Source: Candidatus Marinacidobacterium sp.
GTDB lineage: Bacteria; Acidobacteriota; Vicinamibacteria; Marinacidobacterales; Marinacidobacteraceae
Direction: 5' to 3'
Assembly: GCA_965204755.1 (NCBI GenBank)
Contig: OZ242011.1
Span: 3,776,001-3,840,000, forward strand
DNA: 64,000 bases
Under the pieces are notes generated by a model. The model searched no databases. It had not been told where the DNA came from and worked only from the letters and a program-made list of their open reading frames with translations. Shown here in pieces: positions 37,738 to 46,511 of the stretch. Within the stretch, counting starts at the first letter, position 1, and each line of letters begins with the position of its first letter. The position numbers were made by a program, and so were the translations under genes.

Positions 37738-40700
37738 CTACCGGTTGCGGCTGAGCGCCCGGAAGTACTCCTCCACCATCTCCCGGTAGGCCTCCGGGAC
37801 CCGCTCCGCGCCGAGGGCGGCGACCCCGGCGTCCTCGCCGCCGAACCGGGAGCGGCGCAACTCGAACTCGAACTGGCGGAGCGAGTCGAGCACTTCCGAT
37901 TCGAGGAGTTCCATCCCGCGGGGATCACGGCTCAGCCGCTCGGCGGAGAGGCCGCGCAGCGCCGCCAGCGCCGGGTCGAGGCGATCCGGCGAGATTCCAT
38001 CCGGGGGGGCCTGCCCCGAGCGGCCGATCCCGGTCATCGCCCGGCGCAGCGCCTCGGCGTCCTCGATCCGCTGCCGGAGTTCGCGTTCGAGTTGACGGAG
38101 GTCCTGCTCGCCATCCCCGCCGCCGGCACCGCCTTCCGCTCCCGGCGCGCCGGCATCCTCCGACGACGGCGCCGCACCGGAGGGAGGCGCGCCGCCTTCC
38201 CCATCGGCGCCCCCGCGTTGGGCCAGTCGGTCGCGCATCGCCTCCAACCCGCGGACCAAGGACTCGGCGCGTTCGAGCACCTGGTCTTCGCCGGCTCGCC
38301 GGGAGCCTTCGGCGACGCCCCGGGCGCGCTCGATCTCCTCGGCCAGCGCCGCCAGGTCCTCCCCGATCATCGCCTCGAACCGGTCGGCGTAGTCGGGGGA
38401 ACGTTGGGTGGCCACTCCCCGGGAGTACTGGATCTTCTCCTTGATCTTGCGCCGGCGGATCTCCTCCGCCGCGCCGCGGGCCGCTTCCGCCGCTTCCGGC
38501 TCGTCCCGGCTCCAGGAGCGGCCCACCGCGTCGAGGCCGCGTTCGAGGGCCTCGACGCGGCCGGCCAGTTCCTGTTTTCGCTCGTGGAGTTCGGCGATCC
38601 GTTCCTCCGACCGCCCCTCGGCGAGTTCGGCGACCGAGGAGCGGATCCCCTCCTGGGCAGACCGGAGGCGCCGGGCTTCTTCCGCCGCCCCGGCGAGGTC
38701 GCGCCCCAGGCGGCCGCGGCGCTCGCCGTCGAGTTCGCGCCGGGCGCTCCGCAACTCGTTCTCCGCCGAGAGGCCCTGCTCCAGTCCCTCGCCGCTCCCG
38801 GCCCTCATCTGCTGCGCCGCGTTCCGTAGCCGGCGGGCGACCTGGGAGAGGTCCGGGAGCGACCGCTCGCGAGCCAGCCGTTCCAGCCGCCGCGCGGCTT
38901 CCTCGGTCTCGTCGGCGATCCGCTGCTGGGAGGAGCCGGCGCCGCCCCCGGGCGCCGACAGCCCGCGCCGGCGGCGCTCGTTCTCCTGCTCCTGGCGCCG
39001 CGCCAACTCGGCGAGCCGCTCCATCACCTCGTCCACTTCCTCATCCGCCGAGGAGCGGCGCTGCTGCTCGACGGTCTCGTACTGGTTGCGCAGCCGATCC
39101 ATCTCCAACTCGAAGAGATGGGCCAGGTCCTCGGCCTCCGGCGGCGGGGCGCCGCCGCCCCCTCCCCCGCCGCCCTGGCCGAAGCCGACCTGGACTTCGC
39201 GGAACACCGCGTCAGCCCGCTGGAGGTGGGTGAGCGCCTTCTGCTCCGGCGGGAGGGCTTCGGCCGGTTCCCCGGCGATGAGCAGTTCCTCGGCGGCGGT
39301 CATCTCCACGAGGCCCCGGTCGAGATGGGCGACGATCTCCCCGAACTCGGCGGACCGGGCGATGCCGCGGTTCCGCAGCCGATGGACGAGCGTCGCCACC
39401 TGTTCGCGAAGCCGCCCCTGCGCGAGCCCGATGGTGGTGACCTGCTCGGCGGCGTCTCTCTCGTCGATCTCCTCGTCCCGGAGCACCCGGAAGGTGGCGA
39501 GCACGACCTGCCGCTGGCGCAGCGACAGGGTGCCGTCGAGGCCGTCCCCCCCGCCCCCGCCCCCGCCGGGAGCGGACTCCATCTGCCGGTATGTGCGGTC
39601 GAACGGCCGGATCGCCACGAAGAACAGGTCGGAAGCGGTCTCGCGCCCGGTTCCGTCGGCGGCGACCGCGTAGTAGGACACCAGGTCGCCGGGAACCAGG
39701 TCCCACTCTTCGAGGAACAGCGTGTGGCCGGACTGGGCCGAGCCTCCCGCCCCGGCGCCGGCCAGCCGGACGACCGTCTCCTCCCCGCCGTTCACCGCCG
39801 AGCGCAGTTCCAGCCGGGTGATCCGGTAGTCGTCCTCGGCGCGCACCTCGGTGAACACCTCCTCGACCGGGCTGGCCCGCGTGTCCCGGCCCGGCCGGAG
39901 GATGCGGACGATCGGCGGCAGGTCGTCGAGGACTTCGATCGCGTAGTCGCGCGAGGCGTTGCGGAGCGTCCCGGCGCCGTCCCGGAGCGCGATCCGGTAG
40001 GCGCCGCTCGCTTCGAGGAGGAGGGTGGCGGCGAGGACTCCCTCGGCCTCGGCGTCCGACGGGAGTCCCTCCGGGGCCGGGGCGAGCGGGATCGGCTCCT
40101 CGCCGCTGCCGAAGCGGACTTCCCCGCCGTCGGCGCGCACGCTGGGGCGAACGAAGACCCGCACCTCGGTCCCGGCCACCGCGGCGATGTCCCCGCCGGC
40201 GGTCACCGGGCGCGGCGAGAGGCCGGTGTAGGCCGGGTAGCGGTAGAGGAGATCGATCTGCTCGGTGTAGGGGACATCCTCGACTTCGATGCGGAAGACC
40301 GGGGAGCGGACGCCGTCCGCCTCGACGAAGTAGTCGGTCGCCGCGGCGACGCCGAGGAGCAGGTGGCGGAAGGCGCCGTCCTCGGGGTCGGGATCGAGGG
40401 CGAGGGACTCCCACGACGAGTCCCCCGAGGCTCCCCCGGAAGACTCGTTGTCGGCGCCGGGTTCCGCGCGGGTGTGGAGGACGGCGGACTCGGCGCCGAA
40501 GCCCTCCAACCGCGCGGTGATCCACTGGTCGGCGCCGGTGGCGATCGCGGCGTCGCCGGGCTCGACCAGGACGCGGTAGGGCGTGTGCTCGTCCGGGTCG
40601 GCCCAAGGGGTGAGCAGCAGGGCCGCGCCCCGGGAGACCGCCGGCGGCGCGAGCAGCGCCGCCGCCAGCGTGATCCCGAACACCGCGGCGACCGCGCCGG

Positions 40701-41226
40701 CGGCGCGGCGGAGACTCCGCGTCTCCACCGCCGCCCCGGCGTCCATCCCTTCGAGCCGGCGGACCGCCTCCTCGACGACCAAGGCGGTCAGTTCCGGCGA
40801 CGCGCCCGTCTTCGGCGGCCCTTCCCCGGCCTGCTTCCCCGGTTCCCTTCCCAGTTCGACGCCGCTCAGCACCGACTCGCGGAGCGAGGGATCGTGCTCC
40901 TCGACATAGAGGGCCACCTGCCGGTCGCTCCGGCGGGAGCGCAGCGGCCGCCAGACCGCCCGCCAGAGCGCCAACGCGAGGAGGGCCCAGGCCGCGGCGC
41001 CGAGCGCGCGGACGAGGGCCGCCGGGTAGCGGAGAGCGTCCATCGCCGCCGCGGAGGCGAACAGGAGCAACAGCGCCGCGGCGACCGTGACCGCGGCGCC
41101 GGCGAGCAGGCGGCGCGCGCGCCAGCGCCGCCGCACCCGGCGGACGACGGCGAGGAGTTCCGCGTAGGAACCGTTCTCGGGAGAACGCCCCCGATCCGGG
41201 GTCGGGGAGAGGAGCGAGAGCGCCAT
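37738..41226 (-). CDS. Large membrane-anchored coiled-coil protein (DUF4175-like)
   Basis: N-terminal TMs, Ig-like segments (YPAYTGL, DDLPPIVRI, AEDDY), long coiled coil and VPEAYREMVEEYFRALS end. Confidence 0.65.
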   Translation of the reverse strand: MALSLLSPTPDRGRSPENGSYAELLAVVRRVRRRWRARRLLAGAAVTVAAALLLLFASAAAMDALRYPAALVRALGAAAWALLALALWRAVWRPLRSRRSDRQVALYVEEHDPSLRESVLSGVELGREPGKQAGEGPPKTGASPELTALVVEEAVRRLEGMDAGAAVETRSLRRAAGAVAAVFGITLAAALLAPPAVSRGAALLLTPWADPDEHTPYRVLVEPGDAAIATGADQWITARLEGFGAESAVLHTRAEPGADNESSGGASGDSSWESLALDPDPEDGAFRHLLLGVAAATDYFVEADGVRSPVFRIEVEDVPYTEQIDLLYRYPAYTGLSPRPVTAGGDIAAVAGTEVRVFVRPSVRADGGEVRFGSGEEPIPLAPAPEGLPSDAEAEGVLAATLLLEASGAYRIALRDGAGTLRNASRDYAIEVLDDLPPIVRILRPGRDTRASPVEEVFTEVRAEDDYRITRLELRSAVNGGEETVVRLAGAGAGGSAQSGHTLFLEEWDLVPGDLVSYYAVAADGTGRETASDLFFVAIRPFDRTYRQMESAPGGGGGGGDGLDGTLSLRQRQVVLATFRVLRDEEIDERDAAEQVTTIGLAQGRLREQVATLVHRLRNRGIARSAEFGEIVAHLDRGLVEMTAAEELLIAGEPAEALPPEQKALTHLQRADAVFREVQVGFGQGGGGGGGGAPPPEAEDLAHLFELEMDRLRNQYETVEQQRRSSADEEVDEVMERLAELARRQEQENERRRRGLSAPGGGAGSSQQRIADETEEAARRLERLARERSLPDLSQVARRLRNAAQQMRAGSGEGLEQGLSAENELRSARRELDGERRGRLGRDLAGAAEEARRLRSAQEGIRSSVAELAEGRSEERIAELHERKQELAGRVEALERGLDAVGRSWSRDEPEAAEAARGAAEEIRRRKIKEKIQYSRGVATQRSPDYADRFEAMIGEDLAALAEEIERARGVAEGSRRAGEDQVLERAESLVRGLEAMRDRLAQRGGADGEGGAPPSGAAPSSEDAGAPGAEGGAGGGDGEQDLRQLERELRQRIEDAEALRRAMTGIGRSGQAPPDGISPDRLDPALAALRGLSAERLSRDPRGMELLESEVLDSLRQFEFELRRSRFGGEDAGVAALGAERVPEAYREMVEEYFRALSRNR

Positions 41227-41293
41227 TCGGGAGCGGCGGGCGCGAGTATAGAGAGGCGGGGGGAGGCGGCGCGGCGGTCGGATCAGGCGGGGA

Positions 41294-43369
41294 TCAGGCG
41301 CGGGCCAGGCGCGTTTCCGCCAGCAGGAGCAGGAGCAGCGCCGCGAGCAGGGGCCACCAGAAGGAAAACGCCGCCGGCGCGGCGAGGGTTTCCCGCGGCT
41401 CGCCGCCGCTCCGGGCGGGCGCGGCCGCCGCGATCTCCACCTCGGCCCCGTCCAGGGCTTCCAGGTCGGACTCGGCGAGCGGGGAATTCGCGGCCAGCAG
41501 CCGGAATTCGGTCTCGCCGGGACGGCGGGCCCGGTAGAAGCCGGCCTCGGCGAGGCGGAGCGCCGCCCGGCCGGCGAGCACCGTCCGCCCGCCGGAGGGC
41601 GTCTCGACCAAGATCTCCCCGTTCCCTCCTTCGACCTCCCCTTGCGGGAGGCGGAAGGCTTCCGCCGGGTCCACGGTCTCGCCGACCCGGTAGGCCGCCG
41701 GCGCCGCCCGGAAGTCGGCGGCGAACTCCACCAGGCGGTGCAGGAACGGCACGAACGCCGGCCGGCGCGGAAGGTCGCTCCAGACCGGATCGAAGGAGGA
41801 GGCGAACAGCGCGACCCGCCCCGAAGCGCCTGCTTCCTCGCCCGGCGCCGCCCGGGTGACGAGCGCCGGCCGGCCGTCCGCGAACCGGGCGGCCACTTCC
41901 GCCCCCGGCGCCGGGCCGTCCAGCCGGCGGTAGCGGAAGAACGAGGCGCGGCCGAGCGCCGAAGAGCCGGCCGCGAACGGCGAGAACACCGGATGCCCGG
42001 CGGCGAAGTCGGTCAGTCGGGTCGGAGGAAGCCGATCGGCCGTTTCTCCCGGGACGGCCGGCAGTGCTCCGGAGAGCGCCTCGACCACCCCGCCGGCCGG
42101 CCGGCGCGGCCCCATCGCCGCCACCAGCCCGCCCCCGCCCCGGACGAAGGCCGCGAGCGCCCGCGCGCCCCCGGCGTCGAGGCGTCCGAGGTCCCGGACC
42201 AGGGCGACCGTCTCGAGACCCTCGTCGTCCGAGGCGAGCGCGGCGCTCACCGCCGCCTCCCCCCGGGCCGGGGCGGCGTCGAGCCAGAACGCCGGGGAGA
42301 CGCCGACGGCGAGCGCTTCCCGGACATGGATCGGCGCCCCGGCTTCCTGGCCCCCGAGATCGGCCACGCGGAGCGCCGACTCCGGGTGGATCACGAAGCG
42401 GTAGCGGTCGTCGGCCGGGAGGGCGTCCGCCGGGCCGTCCCCGGCGCCTCCCAGCCGGACTTCGGCGCGGAGAGGCTCCGCCGGGCGCGAGAACGGCGGG
42501 GACTCGCTCCGCGCTCCTTCCGCCGCGGACCGGGCCGGGACTTCGCTCATCCCGCCGGCCACCCGGCCGCCGAGGACGAGTTCCGGTCTCCGCGGGCGCG
42601 CGTCCGGCGAGGCGTTCCCCGAAGAGCGCACTTCCGCGTTCGCCACCTGGCGGCCGCGTCCGGCGGGTCGGAGCGAAACGCCGGCCGCGTAGAAGTTCGG
42701 CGTCGGCGCGCCGACCGCCCGGACGCGGAGGCCGATGCCGGGTGGGAGCGCGGTCTCCGGGCGGCCGTCGGGGAAGCCGGATCTCTGGAGGTCGGAGACC
42801 AGGACCGCTTCGCGGCGCCGGCCGGGGGACTCCGGGAGGAGTCGGGCGGCGAGGCCGAGCGCCGCCGGGAAACGCGTCCCGCCGTCGCCGGGCGCCACCG
42901 AAGCGACGGCCGCCTCCAGGGCGCCCCGGTCGTCGGTGAGTTCGGTGAGCGCTTCGGCCCGGTCGTCGAAGGCGATCACCACCGCCCGGTCGCCGGGCGA
43001 GAGCGCGCCGATTTCCGCCGCCGCCGCCTCGGCGAGCGCGGCCATCCGTCCGGGAACGGACATGCTCAGCGAGCGGTCGAGGAGAAGCGCCGCATCGCGC
43101 CGGGCGCCCTCGCCGGCGGCGCCGGCTTCGCGGCGGAGGATGGGCTGGGCGAACGCCAGGGCGAGCAGCAGGAGCGCGGCGGCGCGGAGGAGGAGCAGCG
43201 GGAGGTCGCGGATCCGCCGCCGCTTCCTCCGCGCCGCCGCTCCGAGCGCCTTGAGGAAGAGGAAACTGGGGAACGGGAGCGGCGGCCGGCGCCGGCGGGT
43301 GAGGTGGAGGACGACAGGGACCGCCGCGAGAAGGCCGCCGAGCAGGAACAGCGGGGCGAGGAGGCCCAT
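41294..43369 (-). CDS. BatA-domain/VWA membrane protein
   Basis: LAAVPVVLHL...FPSFLFL, LLLRAAALLLLALAFAQP, MIDAS DRSLSM, VSDLQ. Confidence 0.8.
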   Translation of the reverse strand: MGLLAPLFLLGGLLAAVPVVLHLTRRRRPPLPFPSFLFLKALGAAARRKRRRIRDLPLLLLRAAALLLLALAFAQPILRREAGAAGEGARRDAALLLDRSLSMSVPGRMAALAEAAAAEIGALSPGDRAVVIAFDDRAEALTELTDDRGALEAAVASVAPGDGGTRFPAALGLAARLLPESPGRRREAVLVSDLQRSGFPDGRPETALPPGIGLRVRAVGAPTPNFYAAGVSLRPAGRGRQVANAEVRSSGNASPDARPRRPELVLGGRVAGGMSEVPARSAAEGARSESPPFSRPAEPLRAEVRLGGAGDGPADALPADDRYRFVIHPESALRVADLGGQEAGAPIHVREALAVGVSPAFWLDAAPARGEAAVSAALASDDEGLETVALVRDLGRLDAGGARALAAFVRGGGGLVAAMGPRRPAGGVVEALSGALPAVPGETADRLPPTRLTDFAAGHPVFSPFAAGSSALGRASFFRYRRLDGPAPGAEVAARFADGRPALVTRAAPGEEAGASGRVALFASSFDPVWSDLPRRPAFVPFLHRLVEFAADFRAAPAAYRVGETVDPAEAFRLPQGEVEGGNGEILVETPSGGRTVLAGRAALRLAEAGFYRARRPGETEFRLLAANSPLAESDLEALDGAEVEIAAAAPARSGGEPRETLAAPAAFSFWWPLLAALLLLLLAETRLARA

Positions 43370-43405
43370 TTTGCGGAGTCGGGGGGCGGCCGGGGGCTCG
43401 GCGGC

Positions 43406-43504
43406 TATATCGGCGGCTGGGGGGCCGGATCTATCGGCGGCTGCGCGGCCGGATCTATCGGCGGCTGCGCGGCCGGATCATCTATCGGCGGCTGCGCCGC
43501 CGGC
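43406..43504. repeat. Four copies of a 24-bp tandem repeat (TCTATCGGCGGCTGCGCGGCCGGA) spanning the DUF58 stop
   Basis: Units start at 43406, 43430, 43454 and 43481. Confidence 0.8.
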
Positions 43505-44438
43505 TCTCTCGCTCGGAGAGGTAGCGGAAGAGGGCGAAGTCGAGCGGGGTGGCGGTATCCGTCAGGAGGTGGTCCACCCCTCGCCGGCCGAGTTCCGAGC
43601 GGATCTCCGCCAGGTGGGTCCGCAGCGCGTCCCGGTAGGCGTCCCGGATGCGGCCCGGGGCGAAGTCGAGCACCGCGCCCGACTCCAGGTCGCGGAGGCG
43701 GGCGCCGGAGTCGTCGAACTCCGGATCCGGGCCGAGTTCGAGGTCGAGTTCCGAGGGGTCGAGCACCTGGAACGCGATGACTTCCTGTCCGGCGCCGAGC
43801 AGGCGGTCGAAGGCCCGGGCGACCGCCTCCGGCGGTTCGTAGAAGTCGGAGAGGACGGCCACCAACCCCCGCCGCCCGAGCGCGGCCCCGACTTCGGCGA
43901 GCGGGCGCTCCAGCCGGGATTCGCCGCGCGGGTCCGCGGGCCCCGGGCGGGAGGCGGCGAGCGTTTGGAGCACGGTTTCCAGGTTCTTCGCCGACGGGGG
44001 GACGAACGAGACCACCTCGCGGTCGAAGGTGGCGAGCCCGACCCGGTCGCGCTGGCGCCGGGAAAAGGCGGCCAGCACCGCGCCGAGGAGCCGCGCGTAG
44101 TCGAACTTGGAGGCGCCGCGGCGTCCGTAGTCCATCGAGGCCGAGATGTCGAGGAGGACCACGAAGTTGGCGTTCGTGTCCGCCTCGAACTCCTTGATGT
44201 GGAACCGGTCGGAGCGGGCGAAGAGCCGCCAGTCCAGCCGCCGGATGTCGTCTCCCGGCATGTACGGCCGGTGCTCGGCGAAATCTATGGATCGCCCGAG
44301 GAAGGTCGAGCGGTGGAGGCCGCTGATGAACCCCTGGACGACGGTCCGGGCGACCAGCGACAGGTTCGCGATCCGGGCGAGAGCCCGGGGGTCCACGAAC
44401 CGGGCGCCCGCGCCCGCTGCCCGGGTTTCGAGAGTCAC
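43482..44438 (-). CDS. DUF58 (VWA-like) protein
   Basis: SGLHRS...FAEHRPYMPGDDIRRLDWRLFAR...IKEFEADT...LDISASM. Confidence 0.88.
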   Translation of the reverse strand: MTLETRAAGAGARFVDPRALARIANLSLVARTVVQGFISGLHRSTFLGRSIDFAEHRPYMPGDDIRRLDWRLFARSDRFHIKEFEADTNANFVVLLDISASMDYGRRGASKFDYARLLGAVLAAFSRRQRDRVGLATFDREVVSFVPPSAKNLETVLQTLAASRPGPADPRGESRLERPLAEVGAALGRRGLVAVLSDFYEPPEAVARAFDRLLGAGQEVIAFQVLDPSELDLELGPDPEFDDSGARLRDLESGAVLDFAPGRIRDAYRDALRTHLAEIRSELGRRGVDHLLTDTATPLDFALFRYLSERESRRRSRR

Positions 44439-44469
44439 CGGGGGGAGCGTCCGGGCCGTGGACGGGCGG

Positions 44470-45582
44470 TCACATCCCCGAAACCGGGGTTGCGACTTCC
44501 TCGAGCAGCCGGGCGGTGATCGTTTCGGAGTCCACCTTCTCCGACTGGGCGTGGAAGTTGGGGAGGATCCGGTGCCGGAAAATCGGCGGCGCGACCGCCC
44601 GGACATCCTCGAAGGAGAGGTGGCGGCGGCCGCGCATCAGCGCCCGCGCCTTGCCGGCGAGGATCACGAACTGCGCGGCGCGGACGCTCGCGCCGTATTC
44701 CACCTGCTCCCGGATGAAGTCCGGGGCGCCCGCTGCGCCGGGGCGGCTGCGGCGGGCGATCTCCACGGCGTAGCCGAGCACCGCCTCGGACACCGGCACC
44801 CGGCGCACCAGCCGCTGGAAGCGGAGCAACTCCTCGCCGCTGACCACGCCGCGCGGCGCCGGTCGGTGGTCGGAAGTCGTCGCCCGGACCACTTCGCGCT
44901 CCTGGTCCTCCGGCAGGTAGCCGATCACGATGTTGAACAGGAAGCGGTCGAGTTGCGCTTCCGGCAGCGGATAGGTGCCTTCGAGTTCGATCGGGTTCTG
45001 GGTGGCGAACACGAAGTAGGGCTTCGGGAGCGGGTAGGTGCGGCCCTGCACCGTGACCTGGTGTTCCTGCATCGCTTCGAGCAGCGCGGACTGCGTCTTC
45101 GGCGGCGTCCGGTTGATCTCGTCGGCGAGGACGATGTTCGAGAACACCGGCCCGGGGACGAAGACCAGGTTGCGCTTCCCGGTCTCCGGGTTCTCCTGGA
45201 TGATGTCCGTGCCGGTGATGTCCGAAGGCATCAGGTCCGGCGTGAACTGGATGCGCCGGAAGTCCAGGTCGAGCACCTGCGAGAGGGTCTGGACGATCAG
45301 GGTCTTGGCGAGGCCGGGGACGCCGGTGATGATGCTGTTGCCGCCGACGAAGAGGTTGATGAGGACTTCCTCGACCGCCCGCTCCTGGCCGACGATGACC
45401 TTGCGGATCTCCGCGGTGAGGGCCTCGGCGGCTTCGGCGAGCCGGTCGGCGAGGACGGCGTCGGAGACTTCGCCCTCGGGAGCGGGCGCCACGGCGCCCG
45501 GAGGGGCTTCCGCGGCGGCCTCCGGCGCCGACGGCGAATCGGTGGGGGAATCGATGCGGGAATCGGTGGGTGGTTCGGTCAC
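44470..45582 (-). CDS. MoxR-family AAA+ ATPase
   Basis: IVGQ, GVPGLAKT, RIQFTPDLMPSDITG, LADEINRTPPKTQSALLEAMQE, YPLPEAQLDRF. Confidence 0.92.
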   Translation of the reverse strand: MTEPPTDSRIDSPTDSPSAPEAAAEAPPGAVAPAPEGEVSDAVLADRLAEAAEALTAEIRKVIVGQERAVEEVLINLFVGGNSIITGVPGLAKTLIVQTLSQVLDLDFRRIQFTPDLMPSDITGTDIIQENPETGKRNLVFVPGPVFSNIVLADEINRTPPKTQSALLEAMQEHQVTVQGRTYPLPKPYFVFATQNPIELEGTYPLPEAQLDRFLFNIVIGYLPEDQEREVVRATTSDHRPAPRGVVSGEELLRFQRLVRRVPVSEAVLGYAVEIARRSRPGAAGAPDFIREQVEYGASVRAAQFVILAGKARALMRGRRHLSFEDVRAVAPPIFRHRILPNFHAQSEKVDSETITARLLEEVATPVSGM

Positions 45583-45629
45583 TTCGTCTCTCTCGGATTC
45601 TGCGGAGGGCCGCTCCGCGGGCGGGCGGG

Positions 45630-46511
45630 TCAATGGGTCATCCCGTAGACCACATAGTTGACGCCCAACTTGAACGCCTCGTTGGTCAGGGACACCGGCC
45701 AGTACCCCTCCCCCGAGTGCTCCCAGTAGTCGCCGATGTCGTGGTTGTAGTTCGCCACGATCATCAGCCGCGCGGCCGGGTCGTTGTCCTCGAACCAGCC
45801 GTAGTACACCGGGACCAGGTCGGGCCGGCCGATGTGCTCGAAGTCGAGGGTCTCGATGTGGAAGAAGGAGTCGAAGACGGGGTGGGTGACTTCGAGTTCC
45901 ACCGGATCGTAGCCGGGCAGCACCCGCTCCATCTGCCGCAGGAAGTTGGCGAGTTGCGGCGGCTGGACGAAGTCGTCCACCACCAGGAAGCCCCCCTTCA
46001 GCAGGAAGGCGCGCAGGTTCTCCGCCTCCTGGTCGCTCGGATGCCAGAAGCCGACTTCGCAGAGGTAGGCGAAGGGGTGGAGGAAGAGGTCCGGATCGTT
46101 CAGCGAGTGGATGTCGCTGCCGTCCAGGTTCGTCGAGATCGTGGTGTAGGCGTCCAGGATGCGCTTCAGGTTCTCCTCGCCCCAGGGGTAGTCGTGGTTC
46201 CACTTGAGGTCGAGGTTCCAGTAGAACGGCCCCCGGCCGTAGTACGGCGGCTCGAAGCGGATGCGGGCGAAGGAGAACCGGCCGTCGTGGGGTTGGTTCT
46301 CGTAGTCGAGCGGCAACTCGACGGCGTTCGGGTCGGGCCGGAAAGTGGCGGTCAGTTCGCTGTCCGGGGCGGCCGGGAGCAGGCCGCCGGCGAGGACGCC
46401 CCCACCGGCGAGGACGCCCCCGCCGGCGAGGAGGACCGCCGCCGGTCCGCCGAATGCCGCGGCCGGGCCGGCGATCGCGCGGCGGCCGGAGCGCCGTCGT
46501 TCGAGCCTCAT
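45630..46511 (-). CDS. DUF4159 domain protein
   Basis: WNHDYP, GGFLVVDDF, HPVF, NHDIGDYWE, LGVNYVVYGMTH. Confidence 0.8.
   Translation of the reverse strand: MRLERRRSGRRAIAGPAAAFGGPAAVLLAGGGVLAGGGVLAGGLLPAAPDSELTATFRPDPNAVELPLDYENQPHDGRFSFARIRFEPPYYGRGPFYWNLDLKWNHDYPWGEENLKRILDAYTTISTNLDGSDIHSLNDPDLFLHPFAYLCEVGFWHPSDQEAENLRAFLLKGGFLVVDDFVQPPQLANFLRQMERVLPGYDPVELEVTHPVFDSFFHIETLDFEHIGRPDLVPVYYGWFEDNDPAARLMIVANYNHDIGDYWEHSGEGYWPVSLTNEAFKLGVNYVVYGMTH

Noticed and set aside
43406-43504. CRISPR array
   Set aside because: The repeats are contiguous with no unique spacers, and there are no cas genes.
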